A DNA stretch of 64,000 bases. It comes from Eledone cirrhosa (taxonomy: Eukaryota). The translations under genes and the position numbers were made by a program. Below, piece after piece: positions 37,086-55,576 of the stretch. The notes beneath the pieces are model-generated. The model had not been told where the DNA came from. It searched no databases and was given only the letters and a program-made list of their open reading frames with translations. Position 1 is the stretch's first letter; every line of letters starts with the position of its first letter. The stretch is from positions 110,918,001 through 110,982,000 of the forward strand of contig OZ024745.1 in the NCBI GenBank assembly GCA_964016885.1, read 5' to 3'.

Positions 37086-39449
37086 TATTTCATAAGTTTC
37101 TTTGGTGCAGACAATTTAAAATTCTAGTATTTTCACTGCTGCATGCATTTGTATGATCTAGACAATTTGTACTAAAGTGAATATATTAATATATATTAAG
37201 AATATTGACTTATTTTGTTACAGCGAATATAGAATATACAAAAGTACAAATTTTAGTTGTTTTAAAAGTTGGCATTTTTTTTTTTTTTTTTTTTTCACAT
37301 TTCTCTTTTTTGCTTTCCTTCATAGGCAAGAAGAGGTTTGAGATTAAAGGCATAAAAACAAAAACTGGGAAAGATAGAAATTAGAGCCAAGTATTTAATA
37401 TTGTTAATTATGTTAGTCAATATTCTAATAATTATGAATCCAGTGTTTATCACTGAGAGAATAATTATGAATCCAGTGTTTATCATTGAGAGAATACACT
37501 TTCAAATGTGGTACCTTTCCTCCACCACAAAATAGGTTACACTATTATATTTTTAATCAATTTTGCTCACCATTTAATTCCCTTCCTGTGTTGCCCTCTC
37601 TATAGTAGGCTTCGTATAACTTATATGTACACAACTGGGAAATAATTTAAAAACTATTTCAACAGGAATAACATTGGTCTCCAAATGCTTCCTGCTACTT
37701 CTCTTTCTTTCTTTTATACTTTATTTCCATTCATCTTTTATAATATAAGAAATATCTACTTTTGCTCAATAGAATGTTTTTTTTACCTTGTAAAATCTGA
37801 ATTAATGCACCCAAAATCTTAAAACTTAAACAATGAAACCCAAATCTTTATGATAGCTTATTTCCTCCTTTATTGCCTCATCTCCTTGCCTCTCAATCAC
37901 AAGTTTTCCTTTGGTGATAAAAGGGTTTAATAAAGTAAAGATCATCATGACTATATGATTAATCTGATGGTAGGAGAGTGTGACTAGTTACATCAATTAG
38001 AAGCCAATGGTGAGTTTAATGAGTTCTTATCCCATCACCAACACTGTTTCCAATCCATGACCAAGGCACTTATTTTTCATTGTTTACCTAGTTCTTTGTA
38101 GATCCCACAGGGTGACATAATTCAATGCAGCAACACTGCAGAATTGGAGAACATTCCATTGGCTTGCAGTGTATGGTTTAATTCCTCGAGCAAAAGGAGG
38201 AAAAGCTACCAATAATAAACCAGTATTTTATCTAAGAGTAGATTTGATGCTACAGAAACCTGATATAAGACAATGGCCCTATGTATTCTTTATGACGAGC
38301 AAAAGGATTAGCTAGTTTGTGTAGAAAGTCAGATAAGTTTATTGTAGAACAGTCATAAAAAGAGCTGATCTTTCATGTAAACTTTGATATCTAAAAAATA
38401 TAAAGTGAAAAAGTTAATAATTTTAGTTAATTTATTTTTTTCTACTTTATTTTAAATAGGTGTGTATATCCTCATAATTATGAAGTTTCAACTTAATAAT
38501 TGATGAATAAGGACATTTTTATCTACAATTTCCTTTCTTCTGTCACATTTATCAAAAACTAAGTATTATTTAGATAAACATAACAAAAGGAAATATTTGT
38601 TTCCTGTCATATATTATTAGTGTGCTTGTTTATTTTATTTTAAAATTTATTTTAAATATTAATTAATAGGGAAATTGAGTGGCAGAAATAAAATAACAGG
38701 TTAAATGGCTTATTGTATTTTACTTTCCTATCTCTAAGTTCTGATTTTAAATTACCCCTCCCCACAAGGTCAACTTTGCCTTTCATCTTTCCTGAGGTGA
38801 TAGAATAAGTGCCAAACATGTTCAGAAATCAATTCAATCAACTGTAACCCACTCCCAACTCCTACAAATTTGTGATCTAGTGCCAATAAATGGAGTCATT
38901 ATTAGTTTAATTGCTACAATAGTAGAATGATCCATTTCTTTATGTGTGGGATGCAATCAATCACTTCCCACATTTATTGGCTAAATACCTGACCATAGTT
39001 CATAAGGTGTTCACATTATATTGTATTAGTCAAAACTTCTACAAACATTGATCTGCTAAACTACTTGCTCTCATTGGCCTCACATTTCTGCAATGTCTAG
39101 TTTTTAGATTTATTCAGCCAGCTGATAATCACAATTTATCAAAACAGAAAAATAAAATATTGAGCTGGGGGTCTCCAAATTTAGACATGTTGATGAATGT
39201 TTGTGTTGATATATAACAGTTCAGATTAAGTAATCAAAAGAGTGATGCATTTATTATGAGTATACTTATGTAATAACTATTGGAATATGTGTCATACATT
39301 TTGGGATAGATCAGCATTATTAAACATACAAATGTTTTATTGCTATTGAAGATAAAATATTTACATGAGAATGTGAAGAACCAACAAATTTAAGAAAAGG
39401 CTCTCATTCCAAACAGTTAACTTGTTGATATAGTCTGCAGTTGATTTTG

Positions 39450-39498
<49 letters not shown>

Positions 39499-42127
39499 GC
39501 GATGTATATATGATTTATCCCTTTGTTGTATAAAAACTCTCTTCCTCTTTGCTAGCTCTGACTTCTATTGGCATTAGAGACAAAAACCAGTCATAATAAA
39601 ATTAATAAAATAAGATAACATTGTGCACTGATAGGAGGAGTGGAGAGTTTTGAGCAGAAAAAGGGTTTGCTTAAACATTAGAACCTCTCTCACTTTACAA
39701 CACATAAATTTATCTTATTTTGCAAATTTTATTAACTGCCCTTTTTTTTTTTTTTTTTTTTTTTTGCCAATGCAGACACTCACAAGTTTCCTCAGATTCT
39801 AGTTTATTCTTTTTATCCTTTACAAGTCATACTATATTGTTTTATGAAAAGAGTAAATCAAGCAATGAATTATGGTATAGCAAGTAAAAGCTAAAATTCT
39901 ATCTCAACATACAAAAGCACAAGTTCTTTCTATTATTTATTATCATTTATTAAAACAATTTAACACAATTGTTAATGGTCTTTCAAGTTGTGTGTGTGTA
40001 TACATGTATATATATATATGTATATACCTGTTTGAATGCTACTAAGTTTGATGGTGTATGAATGTGTATGTATGGTTATATGAATGACTGTAAAGTATGT
40101 ATATATATAAAACATTTCTTTTTATGTATGTACATCAAAATAAAAATTTTCTGAAATTCTACATCAGAGACTATAAATCAGAACAACTTTTAACTTATAT
40201 AAAGAACTGCTCGATTATAACTCTAATTCAACATTTTGTCCTATTCATTGCAATATTAAAGGGCAGAAGCTGTTGATTTTTTGTTTGTTTGTTTTTTATC
40301 TAAGAAACATATTTAGAAAGGAAAAGTGAATTTGAGTAAAAGCTTTCTCACGACCTGCAGAATAGGCATTTTTTTACTTTTATGTTCCATCTACGTTCTC
40401 CTTTTCATACTGAAATGTTTTTTATGTTATAGTTTGAATTCATTTCAATACATTTATTTACTTTTAAATTTATTTTTTCTTTTTAAATCTGAAGAGAAGA
40501 AATCACTTAGCTCTTAATTGTTTGGGTGAATAATGTAAACAGAGCAATAATTAAGACCCATAATATCGGTACATCTGAATATTAACTCTTTCTTCCTAAT
40601 CTCTCTCTCTCTCTCACACACACAAACACACACAATGCATTGTTTTAGATAACTGTCACTTCCACTAGCTGGGTAGTTTTCTAATGAGCTAAGAAACCTC
40701 CCAGTCTCCTACTTTAATTATTCTCTCATACAAGTTGACAATTCGTTAATTTTTTAAAGCAGTTATTACAGTGACCACACCTTATACACTAGCTTGTTTT
40801 ATTTCATTGTTTATCTTTTTTTTTTATATATATATCGTTATCCAGTTTATTTATATACAATGTTATATATTAAACTTATTTTAAAATTAATCTTTAAGCT
40901 GAAAACTTGGAGATTTCTTTTTAAGTTCTTGAAAAAAAAACATTAAAAATTTCAATAACTTGTTTTCATTGGAAGTAGACATATTTGATCAGTTGTTGTT
41001 TTCAGTTTTTTAGAGTCTTTACATTAATACTCAGAATTTTCATAAAATCTTACATTACTACATAGCCAAAAACAATAACGACAATGCCATAACATTAATA
41101 TCAGCGACTCTCTATGAAAACTATTGTACTCTGGTTAGTCTTTTAATGCATTCTTTTGGCTCCTCACTATTAACAATGTCCTTTGTTAACATTTTGAATA
41201 ATTTTTGGCTTTGCCAGTTACTTGCCTTCCAGTTGTCACAATTTTATTATCATATAAGCAATAATGATGATGATAATAACTTTTAAACAAAAACCAAAAG
41301 AGAAAGAGCGACATCAAGCAAAAGTGAGAGAAAGAGAGAGAGTGAGCAAAAGAAAATGATAGTGACAAGATACATTTAGCCAAATAGCTATGTCTGATGA
41401 ATTTTACAAAGTCTGGCAAAATTTAACTTCCTTGTAAATTTCAAGTACGTCTGACAAATTTCAGCTACATCAAATTTCAACTATGTCTGGCAAAAAAAAA
41501 AAACCCAACAAAACCAAACCCAAAAAAAAACAGAAAATAAAAATGAAAACCTCTACATTTAGTGTCTAATACTGTGATGATGCTTATTCAGTTTTAAAAG
41601 CAGCATTTTTCTATCACTTTATACATGTTTGATCCATGATCTTTGTTGCTCTTGCAGATTTCTTGTAACATATATATACCTTAAGCATGACATACAGGCA
41701 GCAGTAGGGAGAAGGTGGCAACATTATTCATGGTGATGATAAAGAGTTGGATTATTAGATTGACAGGACAGGCAAATAGTCCTTCTTGGTGCCAGTCAAG
41801 AAATATTAAACCAATAATTTCTCATATTAATTACTCCTTTATTCTCTGCTACATCTTAATTTTACTTCATTTTCATTCAGTTTCATATTTTATTTCAATA
41901 ATACTAAGGAGAGAGGCAAACTAAAACAAATACGCTGACTAATACATATGGGTATTATGGGTGTCTCTGCATATATTTATGTGCCTGGCAAATAACCTAG
42001 TGCTGGGCCATCTGCCAGGCAAATAATTAAGAGGTTAGCAATTTTTTTAATTAAGTTTTTAAAATTTGCTTCATTACTTTCATGTTTTAAAACTCCCAAG
42101 CTTTTGGTTAGAGAGTCACATTTCTCA

Positions 42128-42137
42128 TGTATGCATA

Positions 42138-42184
<47 letters not shown>

Positions 42185-42410
42185 GCATATATATATGTAC
42201 ATGTATATACACATATGTGCATATATATATATATGTATATACACATGTGTATATATATATATATATATATATGTACATGTATATATGCATATATATATGT
42301 ACATATATGCATATATATATATATATATATATACATGTATATATGCATATATATATACATGTATATATGCATATATATATATACATGTATATATGCATAT
42401 ATATATATAT
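42128..42410. repeat. (TA)n array with catg/tgca interruptions
   Basis: Directly visible. Confidence 0.9.
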
Positions 42411-42939
42411 TATTTTAATAGCAAATCCATTTCTCTTCTGTTCATTAACCGTTATATTTTACATTGGTTTGTCAGAGCATAACCTAAACCTTTGACTATA
42501 TACATCCACCCGGTTAACTTGCTGTTCAACTCCATTAAAACTTTCAGTGATGACATTAATTACATGATGAGTGAATGCCATCGATAATAACAAAGAAACT
42601 CAGAAGAATTTAGCCAAATTTTACATTTTTGTTATCTCATGAACATGGAACAACCCCAACTTCATAATTAACCTTTTCATTTCTTTTATTTGGTATCTTA
42701 TTTAATTCCATTTATTCGGTAGAAATCGTTTTTGAAATAATATGTTCCATGCTTCAAAGAATTTACTCTTTAAAATTGCTTGTGATATGAAAAGAGAACA
42801 TAAAAAACAGCAAAGTTACTCTTAAAACTTAACATCGGCAATGCTATTTTAAATTCATTAAAATAGTAGTACATACAATTTTATACTTAATATTATGGTA
42901 TAATTTACAAATCCATAATTTGATATTTTATGGGGTTTT

Positions 42940-42973
<34 letters not shown>

Positions 42974-43879
42974 ATTACACTTACCCTGCCTGCCTCAATA
43001 TCAAAATGAAGAGTTTTTTTTTTTAAATCAAGATGGAGATTTTTTCTAACCATTCTTGTCCTGTTTTTGATCCCACAATATACAACACAATCGGTAAAAC
43101 CCTTCTAATTTTTAAAATTTCTTTGTAGCAAGTTTGTAGCTATATCTTCATATGTTCTTATTAAACAATTTACATAAAAAGGTTCACAGTTTATTCAAAT
43201 TATTTACATTTTTATTTTGTTTTTAGTAAAAAAAAAAAAAGAAAAATGCCCAGAGATTAATAGACTTGTACAAATGTAGATATTGTTATTTAAACATTTT
43301 TGTGGTTCCATTTGACAACATACATAACTCTTGCTTTAATATCATAATAATGAAAACTTTTGAAGGAATGAAGAAAGACAACTGAAAAAAAAAAAATTAC
43401 TTTGAAAATTCATTTCCGTTATAATCTTTGAAATAAAAAAAAATAAACCAGAACGTTTCTGTGGAAAAAAAAAAAAATAATAAAGACCAGAAAAGATCCT
43501 TGGAGCTTGTGCTTCCTAGGTTTTTACTTTGAAAAACGATTCGACAAGTTCACTGTACATTGAGAAGTTTTTCTGACTTATATAAACTCCCATTCTGTCA
43601 AACCTTATTATGTTCTCTTTCTTGAGTACCTTGAACATTTTAAGCACTTTGTCTAATAACAAACTATTGGTTCTCAGCCTAATATATACACAGCTGAAAA
43701 GATACTTCATTAATTGGTTTTACTTTGGTTATAGATAAGAGTTCAATTTATTTGTCAGAAATAGCTAAACTTTAAAACAGTCATTTATCTATCTCTAACA
43801 TTTTGTACTCTGATTACAAATGCATACATACTTACATAGTTACATACACGCACACAGAGACAGACAGACAAACATATAA

Positions 43880-43946
43880 ATATATATATATATGTATGTG
43901 TATATCTGTGCATTCATATATATGTATGTATGTATGTATATATATG

Positions 43947-44019
<73 letters not shown>

Positions 44020-44165
44020 ATATATATATAACTATGTATGTATATATATGTATGTATGTATATATATATATAAATATGTATGTATATATATGTATGTATG
44101 TGTATATATATATATATATGTATATATATGTATGTATGTGTGTATATGTATATATATATATATAC
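43880..44165. repeat. (TATG)/(TA) microsatellite
   Basis: Directly visible. Confidence 0.9.
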
Positions 44166-44949
44166 ACAAATGACTTTTTAAAAATACTTTCTTTAACAGA
44201 AAACAGTTACAATTTAAGCTGATGATGACAATGATAATAATATAAATAATATAAATGTGTTGATTCAATCAGCAGTTAATTGTGACTTTTACTTTTATAC
44301 ATGTCACAGTGGATTGAAATTGAAACACAAAGCAAATACGAAAAGAAAAAAAGCAAGCAAAACTCTTTTAAATTTATTTGTTGTTTTTAACTCTTTTGAC
44401 ATCGAATATTTATTATTTTTGATTTTTTTTTTTTGTTTTTTATTGTTTTAAAAAATTTGAAGACTCCACTATTATTAATATTATTATTATCATTGTCATC
44501 ATTACAATTTCATCATGATTTTGGTGTTAGAAGATACTAAAGAATTTATTTGAGTTATCATATTAGTCCTTCATTTGACTTAAGTCTACATTAAATGTAA
44601 AACATTTCGCATAGAAATGAGAAAAAAAAAATTGAAGCTAGATGCAAAATTTCAAATTTGTTGAAATTTCTTCACTTTGTGTTCTAAGGTACAGCTTTTT
44701 GGTTTGAAGCAGGCTTTCAGCTCCGAAAGCAGTGCCCCAGTTGTTTTGTTATTTATTTTAATTCGTTTTCTTTTTATGTGCAATTAAAATAGATATGACA
44801 GAGTTTTTTTTGTTTTTTTTTAATTAAACTAAAAAGACATTGTAAATACCAACATTTTTCTATCTGAAAATAAATATAATGAATGAATCATGTAGACATG
44901 AATAGATTTGTTTGAAGGAGAGTGTGTTTAAACAATTTGTGTGTGTGTT

Positions 44950-47710
<2,761 letters not shown>

Positions 47711-48542
47711 TAACATACTGATACATTTTGCAATACAATTCATTGATTGAAATGGAAAGAGAAGGTTTCTAATACTTTCAAACAACTAAATTTGTACAAT
47801 ACTGTAGTTATATCTTAATTTAAAAAACAATAATAATAATAATACAAAAAATACAGCAGCTTGACAATGCCATTTCATTTATAGAAGAAAATGGTCAACA
47901 GTTTTTGGATCAAATTGAATAAGTTCGTTCTTAATATAATGCTACATTCTTGTAAGTTTTTATAAATCTAATCTTGTATGCTTGCAGTGGCATGCATCTG
48001 TTGTATTAACTTTCACTCAGACTTTTAACAGTAATTAAATTAAAAAAATTAAAAAAATCTATATTCATTAAATAATAACTAAATTTACAAACTTATAAGA
48101 AAATATAACATATAGCAATGAGGAGTTATCAACTTTTGGTACTACTTTCTGCTACGGATATTCTTAAATTTTTATGTTTTCTTCTAACGAAACTTAAAAA
48201 CTGTTTAATGGAGATTGCAAGTTCTGTTAAACATTGATATCTTTTTAAGAATGTTGTTCTGCTCTCCATATTTGTATACACTTGAACAAATTGTTTGCAT
48301 GTGTGAATGTCTTTGAATGCAGGGATGTGTGCATACGCATGTGTACATATGTGAATATTGTGTGTATGCGTGTATAAATAGTGAACAACAGGATATGGAC
48401 TTGCTTATTATGATAGATAATTAATTACATCAAAAGGGTTTTATATATGAACATACAAAAAAAAAGGAAAAAAACTAAACCTAATCTTTTTACTTTATTT
48501 CTTTTAAGAAACACTGTTCATTTGATTTAATATTTACCTGAT

Positions 48543-48578
<36 letters not shown>

Positions 48579-51500
48579 TCTCTCTCAGTCTGAACCACCT
48601 TTAACTAGAGTCAATCGTGGTTATATAACCTGGTCTTAACTTCTAAATTTGGTGCAACCCCTTTCTTGCTGATGCTATTTTCATTTTTTGTTTTTTTTTG
48701 TTTTTTTTATATTAAACATCTTATTACTGACTTTATATGATTGTTCCTTTTGATTAATTATTATTATTATTATAGTATACTGGTAATATCATCTTGCCTG
48801 AGAGACAAGGTTTCCTTTAGAGGGAGATCAGTGGAAATAGAAGAAAGGATTAGAGATACTTACCAGCATTAAAAGAAAAAAGGTTTAAACACAAATCTGT
48901 GTATCATTAGCAGCTTAAGTATAATATAATTCTATCTATTGCTTTGGTTTTTGTTTTTAAGGGTTTTTTTTAAACTTATATATGACATGTGTCTTTTACA
49001 GATGTCATCACCACAATGTTTATCATCCTTATCTTTGTCTATCATAGGGTATTTCTTTTATAAATATGTTCTTTACTAGCACTATGCAACTGAATGTTTG
49101 TTTGTTAATTTTTTTTTTTTTAATCTGGACCCAGTTCTCAATAAGTAATATGATGTAGCAAGCAAACAAACCCCAAAATTAATTACACTGAAATAAAACA
49201 TATAACATACATACAACAACATTAAACTAAAGTCACATCATAAAAATAGAAGACCAATGAATCTCGATAATTATCTAGGTGATAAATCAACCAGAAAAAC
49301 TTACTAAGTTTTCACCAAACCACACCACTTAAATGAAATTATAAAGTTACATGCTGCCCTACCTACCTTGCATAGATCTTCCCCACTCCAAATGTACCCC
49401 ACATACATTCAAATGACATACATCCCTATTATTCCCATGAAATTATCAGAATATTTGCCAGTTCATATGTAAATAATAAGCACTGTAACTTATTTTCATT
49501 GCATTTAGATTTTTCGTTCTTGACAATATTGGACAAGTGCAATGTATTAATAACTACTATAACTACAACTATGTAGACATAAGAAGATGATGGAAATGAT
49601 AAAGTTGTTAAACAGCTTTGCCTACTTAAGACTAGTGATTATATAAATGTAAACGAAACATTAAGTTAATAATAACAATAATGATAAAAGAAATATGGTT
49701 TTAGAAGAGAAAGTATACAAAAAATATATAGTTATTTCTATGATAAAGGAATGTCTATTGGATAATTTTAATTGAAGAAAAACAAAGGATAAAAAAAAAC
49801 CCAAGTTCTGAAATACAATTCACACCAAAATGAAATAACAAACTGGTTAGCATCACTGCCATTGGTAGAGAAGCTGACTTAGAGATTTGAATTTTAAAAA
49901 ATAACATTTGCCTCAAGAAGATCTTTTATTATATTGTATTTATAAATGATACAGTGGTTTCTTTTGACAAGAACACAAGATCAATTTTTGTTGGGAGATG
50001 GGTAGATTTGACCCTAATAGGTTATTGGTAGTTAGTATTTGAATCATGAACTACCAAACTAGCATTCTACTGATACAGCTATTTAAATTTAATGAAGCAC
50101 AATAACTTAGATTTAATTAGAAGGAATATATATATATTGCCAGGCTCATGTCAATCTCAAGAGTATTTGTACTATAAGTGAACAAAAAAATATTTCAACT
50201 GGAAATTGATGCTAGGTTGCAGACTTGAATTTACTAGAACTTATTTTGACATTACAATACATATGTCTAAAATGATAATAATGATTTCTTCCATAATAAT
50301 AATAATATTAGTAGAAGTAGAAGTACTTGAAATAAATTTTCTGATTTTAAATTATTGTGTTTGTTTAGGGTTCTCTTCTCAGCCATAAGAAAACCTTTAG
50401 GGATTTCTTCTTTTTAATACTAAAAAAATCTTGCTTGATCCTTAATGTCTTCCAAATGGTAAAAAATTCTTGAAATTTCTAATTTCTCTGAAAGTATTAA
50501 ATACACAACTTAGTCACTGGAAATATTAGGAAACAACACATACACAAAAATAAAGTATAAACAACATATATTTCTTCTCATTCTAATTCTTTTTGCAGTT
50601 ATAGAATTTAATTTCTCTGCTTTACATACTGTCCCCATTACCATTTAATATTGATTATTAATAATAATAGTATAATTATTATTGATTAGTAGTGCTACTG
50701 ATAGCTTATTTCAACCAAAATGAAAATGTTAAAGCTTCATGGAAAATAAGTAAAATGAAAAACTCAGAATACGTGGAGAACAAAATATTCATTTTAATGA
50801 AAAAATCTTTTTTTTTTCTACATTCATTATGTTTGTTATTTTGAAATCCACACCAGCAACAGCCAACTGTTTTTTTTTTATATATACTCTCAAAACAATT
50901 TTACAATTTTTTCCCTTTTTCTACAACTCCTTTTATAAAAAATATTTAAAAAATCCATTAAAAATATTAATGAAACAAAATCAATATAAAAAGAACAAAG
51001 AATGTCTTTACTGGACTACACAGCATGCATTCTCCGTGAAGTGCCAATGAAAAAAAATAACTTATTGAAGATTCCTAACTCTTTACCAGTGGCAGTGGTG
51101 ATATCTTTAAAAAAAAACGAACAAATAAAATAAACAAATACAGCAACATCAACAACAACAATAATAAACATACTAAAAATGTTACTGTTGAATTTAGAGG
51201 TCTCTGGTCTTAGATGGTTTATTTAGTCACATATTTTTGTGATACAATTTGAAGTGATTTCTAGAGTAGTACCTAGTAGATTAACAGCTACATTAGGGTA
51301 CAATCAGTTGTAAGTTATTTTAGCAAGACTTATTATTTCAGTAACTTCTATTCCAGTGCCGGACTGGCCTGTCTGCCATGCACTGTAGCAATCAGTTGTA
51401 CCATACTGTTTATTTGTATTTATTGTTAAATTACTGAAGATATTTATATGGCACTAACTTAACTGGTTTTTTAATCAGTTGAGCTAGTAATAAACATTTA

Positions 51501-52066
51501 TAACCAACATATTTGTGTTCTTATTTTTCTTTATTTACTACTTGTATTTGCTCAATGTCACATTAATGAATGAAAGTCAGTGTGGCCTTAAAGTTAATAA
51601 TTAAAAAAGTATCAAGTTTCAGATCAGAAAAAAATAATAAGTTTAGTCTCAGTTTGACAATATGATTTTACTTTACTAATTTAGCATAATATGAATTTAT
51701 TTTGTTAACTAACAGTGTGTTAAGAGTATTAACTGGAAAGTGACTTGGACCTTGGGTTTCTAGTCTGTGGTTTATACCCAGCGTGAAACTTCTAAAAAGT
51801 GTGATTGATCAGGTTTAAATACAAACATATTCAAAAGACTTTATCTGCCTTTCTAATAAAATATAGAATAGATGTAGTCCACAAATTTGTCACAAAGATA
51901 AAATAGTCAAAATATATTTTATCTGCACGATTTATTGTTTTAACAATTATGTATATAAGCATGAATTCACGAAAAGAAAATTGATTAATTCTAACTAGTA
52001 TAATATTTTTTCAAATTCCTGTCAAAGATTGCCTATTACCAGTTAAGAGTGTAGAGCTCACCTGTG

Positions 52067-52113
52067 AATAAAATCAGTTTCAGCCTATTAAATAGGCTGA
52101 AACTGATTTTATT
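52067..52113. repeat. Perfect 23-bp inverted repeat with 1-nt centre
   Basis: aataaaatcagtttcagcctatt-a-aataggctgaaactgattttatt. Confidence 0.9.
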
Positions 52114-53858
52114 ATGCTGCTGTTTTTCTATCTTAACATAAAACAGAAAATATCTGGAGAAAGTAGTTGATAAAATAATGTCCAAAGTCCAAAAAACAAT
52201 ACCAGTTCTTCATCAGGTCTCAAAACTTTAATTTAAGAATTTGAAGAGATTTAGTAATATAACTAATTTTCTCATGATTTAGCTGGTGTTTGATATACAA
52301 CTTAAAAGTTGTATATGAAATTATGATGGAATATTTCTAGATAAATATAAACATTTTAAAACAAATAGTTTTCTAATGCAAAACCATGGGCAGTTTCAGG
52401 CAGTTTGGTATGAAAATGATTAATATAGATGCTGGAAACACTCTTGAAAGAGGTTAAAAAATCAAATAGGACATTATATTAAATATATTCAATTAGCTTA
52501 TATAACAGAAATGAAAAAATTCTATTCATTATTTTTTCTTTATCACAGAATATTTATCTTCTATTTGATACTGAAACTGTATTCTGCTAAATTAGAATAT
52601 TTAGCTTTGTCTCTATACCATCTGAATTAAAATCTTGGCTGTAAAATTTACCTATTATCTGTTTGAGGGTCAATAAGTACAAATGATATATTGGAATAAA
52701 TTCTATACCACTCACTAGAAAACCGTCTCTGTGTAACTAAGAAATCATTATCAAAGACTTTAGTCAACACAGTAAACAGGATAATCTGTTGAGGGAACTT
52801 AATTAAAAAGATAGAAAATAGTTTTATAATTGCAGTCTTTCTTCGTCATTCAATGAATAATACTTACTCTCTTAGTCTATAAAATTTAATAAAGAAACAA
52901 ATAACCTACTATGTTTTAGAAAAAAACACGAATAAATAATTTAATACTTTTTAGAATTAAACATGTTTCAAAATATTTATACAAGACAAGTCAGTTAATT
53001 TATCACTACCTGAATTCACAAATGCAAATCTTAGAAGGATGTGTAGAAGAAAAGGAAGATTATGTACACCACAATTTTGGAAGTAAGCCAAACAACATTA
53101 ACAAAAGAATTTTAATATTGCAGAAAAATTCATCATCATTTTTTTTCATTTTGTTCAACTCGTGTAACAAATAGTTCCCTTAAGGAAAACAATTGCATGG
53201 TAGGTTTTAATAACAATAAAGATTAAGTAGAGGCCATTAAAATCTGTACATATTCTTTCTATAATATCCACCCAATACATTTGACTATTCATGCTCATGT
53301 AACATTCTACTGTCTGTATTTAAAAAATACTTTTCACAGAACAGATTTCTTTTACATAAAATATATATTTCCAAATCTTAGCTACTACAAGAGAAATTGC
53401 TATTCTCTGTACGCAAATATAATGCACCAAACCAAAGTTAAAACAACAGAAGCAGAAAGCCTGTCACAGCAAATCTAAACAACAAACAGCTGAGAAAATA
53501 AAATGCCAAGCAAAGCTCATCTGTATAGATAAACTCACTAAAATACAAATAAAATTTACACAGACAATAATTTAATTTCTGTTAAAACAAATTTCATCTG
53601 CTGGGGCAATGGTGGAAGTGAATATATTATCATATAGTATATTAGGTTATTATTAATTCTAATAGAACTTCTGGTGACTATAAAGAAATGTCAGACTAAG
53701 ATATAAAGATATGATGCACAATGTTTTTCAGAAGGCAGTCCACAAAATTTATGAGGAAAACTTTGTGGACCACCAAAAATATATTTACTTTTAATTTTAT
53801 TATAGCACAGTAAAACTTTAACATTTAAAATGTTTAAATTAATTATGTATTTATTGCA

Positions 53859-53938
53859 CAAGGTGCAGCAAATATACCTCCCACATTTTAAAGGTTGGTT
53901 GTGTAAAATATGGGAGGGTTTTTTTCTGTTGCACCCTT
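53859..53938. mobile_element. Small degenerate Tc1/mariner-like MITE
   Basis: caaggtgcagcaaatatacctcccacatttta ... taaaatatgggagggtttttttctgttgcaccct are imperfect inverted arms. Confidence 0.5.
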
Positions 53939-54582
53939 ATAATACGACATGTAAATTTATATTATATGATTTAGATCTTAGATTATGTTATGTATAAAAT
54001 ATATTATTTCCTTTGTCTTATGCAACTCTCCATGGACCATCAAAACTTTGATATGGACCATGTTATACATTATTGACTGGCTTCTAACCTATTTAACTAA
54101 AAATCAACCCAGTCAGCCTCATAGATAGACAACTTGGTATGCAAGCAGCAGGTGTACTCTAAAGTGCCTTCCATTAGCTTTTAGTCGACTTCAAAAGCAA
54201 CGGGAAATTATTCCAACACTTATTCTTCAGATATAAGTTCTTAATCCTTTCTATTGGGACTAAAATATTTGTTTTGTTCAAAGAAGGACGAAAATAGATA
54301 AAAATGCAACAAGTGAGGAGAACAATAAGTATCATGCCTGTCTAGGTATATGGTATAAAACCAATATTTTTACAATATTGATGGTAAAAAAATAAACTTA
54401 CCAATGGTTTATGTAAGAAAACTTCTGGATTTAGTAGCAGTAAATTTGATCAGTAGCTAAGTATTTAAGAAGTGTCCTAGAGTAAAATAAGTTGGTTAAT
54501 AAACTACATTAGAGGCAAGGAAATAAGTGGAGACTGACAGATTCACAAGTTTACAGAAAAAATAAAATGATGACATTCAATG

Positions 54583-54615
<33 letters not shown>

Positions 54616-54619
54616 ATGA

Positions 54620-54806
54620 GGGCGGTGGATTGGCAGTATCGGTAGAGAGTCGGATGCCATGCTTTGCAGCACAGTTACGTCCCTTTACGGACTGAGTTCA
54701 AATCCCGCCGAGGTTAACTTTGCCTTTCATCCTTACGGGGTCGATAAAATAAAGTACCAGTAATACACTAAGATAATTGCTGGCCTTGTGCCAAAAGTAG
54801 AAACAA

Positions 54807-54837
<31 letters not shown>

Positions 54838-55260
54838 TATTAGGTTGTGGATTGGCAGTATCGGTAGAGGGTCGGACGCCATGCTTTGACGCATAGAGTT
54901 ACGGCCTTTGCCATTCTGAGTTCAAATCCTGCCGAATTTAACTTTACCTTTCATCCTTACGGGGTCGATAAAATAAAGTACCAGTAATGCACTGGGTAAT
55001 AGCTGGCCTTGTGCCAAACGTAGAAACAATTATTATTATCATTATTAGTAGTAGTAGTAGAGCATCGGAGAATATGCTTTGCAGCATATAGTTACGGCCC
55101 TTTACATTCTGAGTTTAAATCCCATCAAGGTTAGCTTTACCTTTCAAACTTACAGGGTTGGTAAAATAAAGTACCAGTTACGCACTGGGGTCAATTTATT
55201 CAACTTTCCCCTCCCATTCAAATTGCTGGATTTGTTTCTACAATAGAAACAATTATTATT
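54620..55260 (+). mobile_element. Three head-to-tail SINE copies (54620-54810, 54843-55030, ~55056-55260) separated by (TTA)n tails
   Basis: Each has the gagtt(c/t)aaatcc B box and the cctttca..ataaagtaccag core. The third is 5'-truncated and has a different 3' part. Confidence 0.9.
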
Positions 55261-55535
55261 TTTTATTATTATTGTTCTTTGAGTCTCCATCATTGATGTT
55301 ATTTAACTGGAAAGTTTGTTGAAATGAATATCAAGCTGCTACCTGCAGCCTCAGATATTCAGGACGTATCGGAGGGTTCTTGCTTTTCCCAGCAAGCATG
55401 CCTTTTGAAGTGTTCCAAAAAGCGGGGCTGGACTAACTTTCTTTAACCACGATCTTCTTTCCTTGTCCAAAACCACCAGGTCAGGCCTATTGTGTTCCAG
55501 TTTCTTTTATTATTATCATTATTATTATCATTATT

Positions 55536-55576
<41 letters not shown>

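Noticed and set aside
37427-37496. 33-bp tandem duplication (also small duplications at 6232-6285 and 22990-23028)
   Set aside because: Ordinary local slippage duplications with no further structure.
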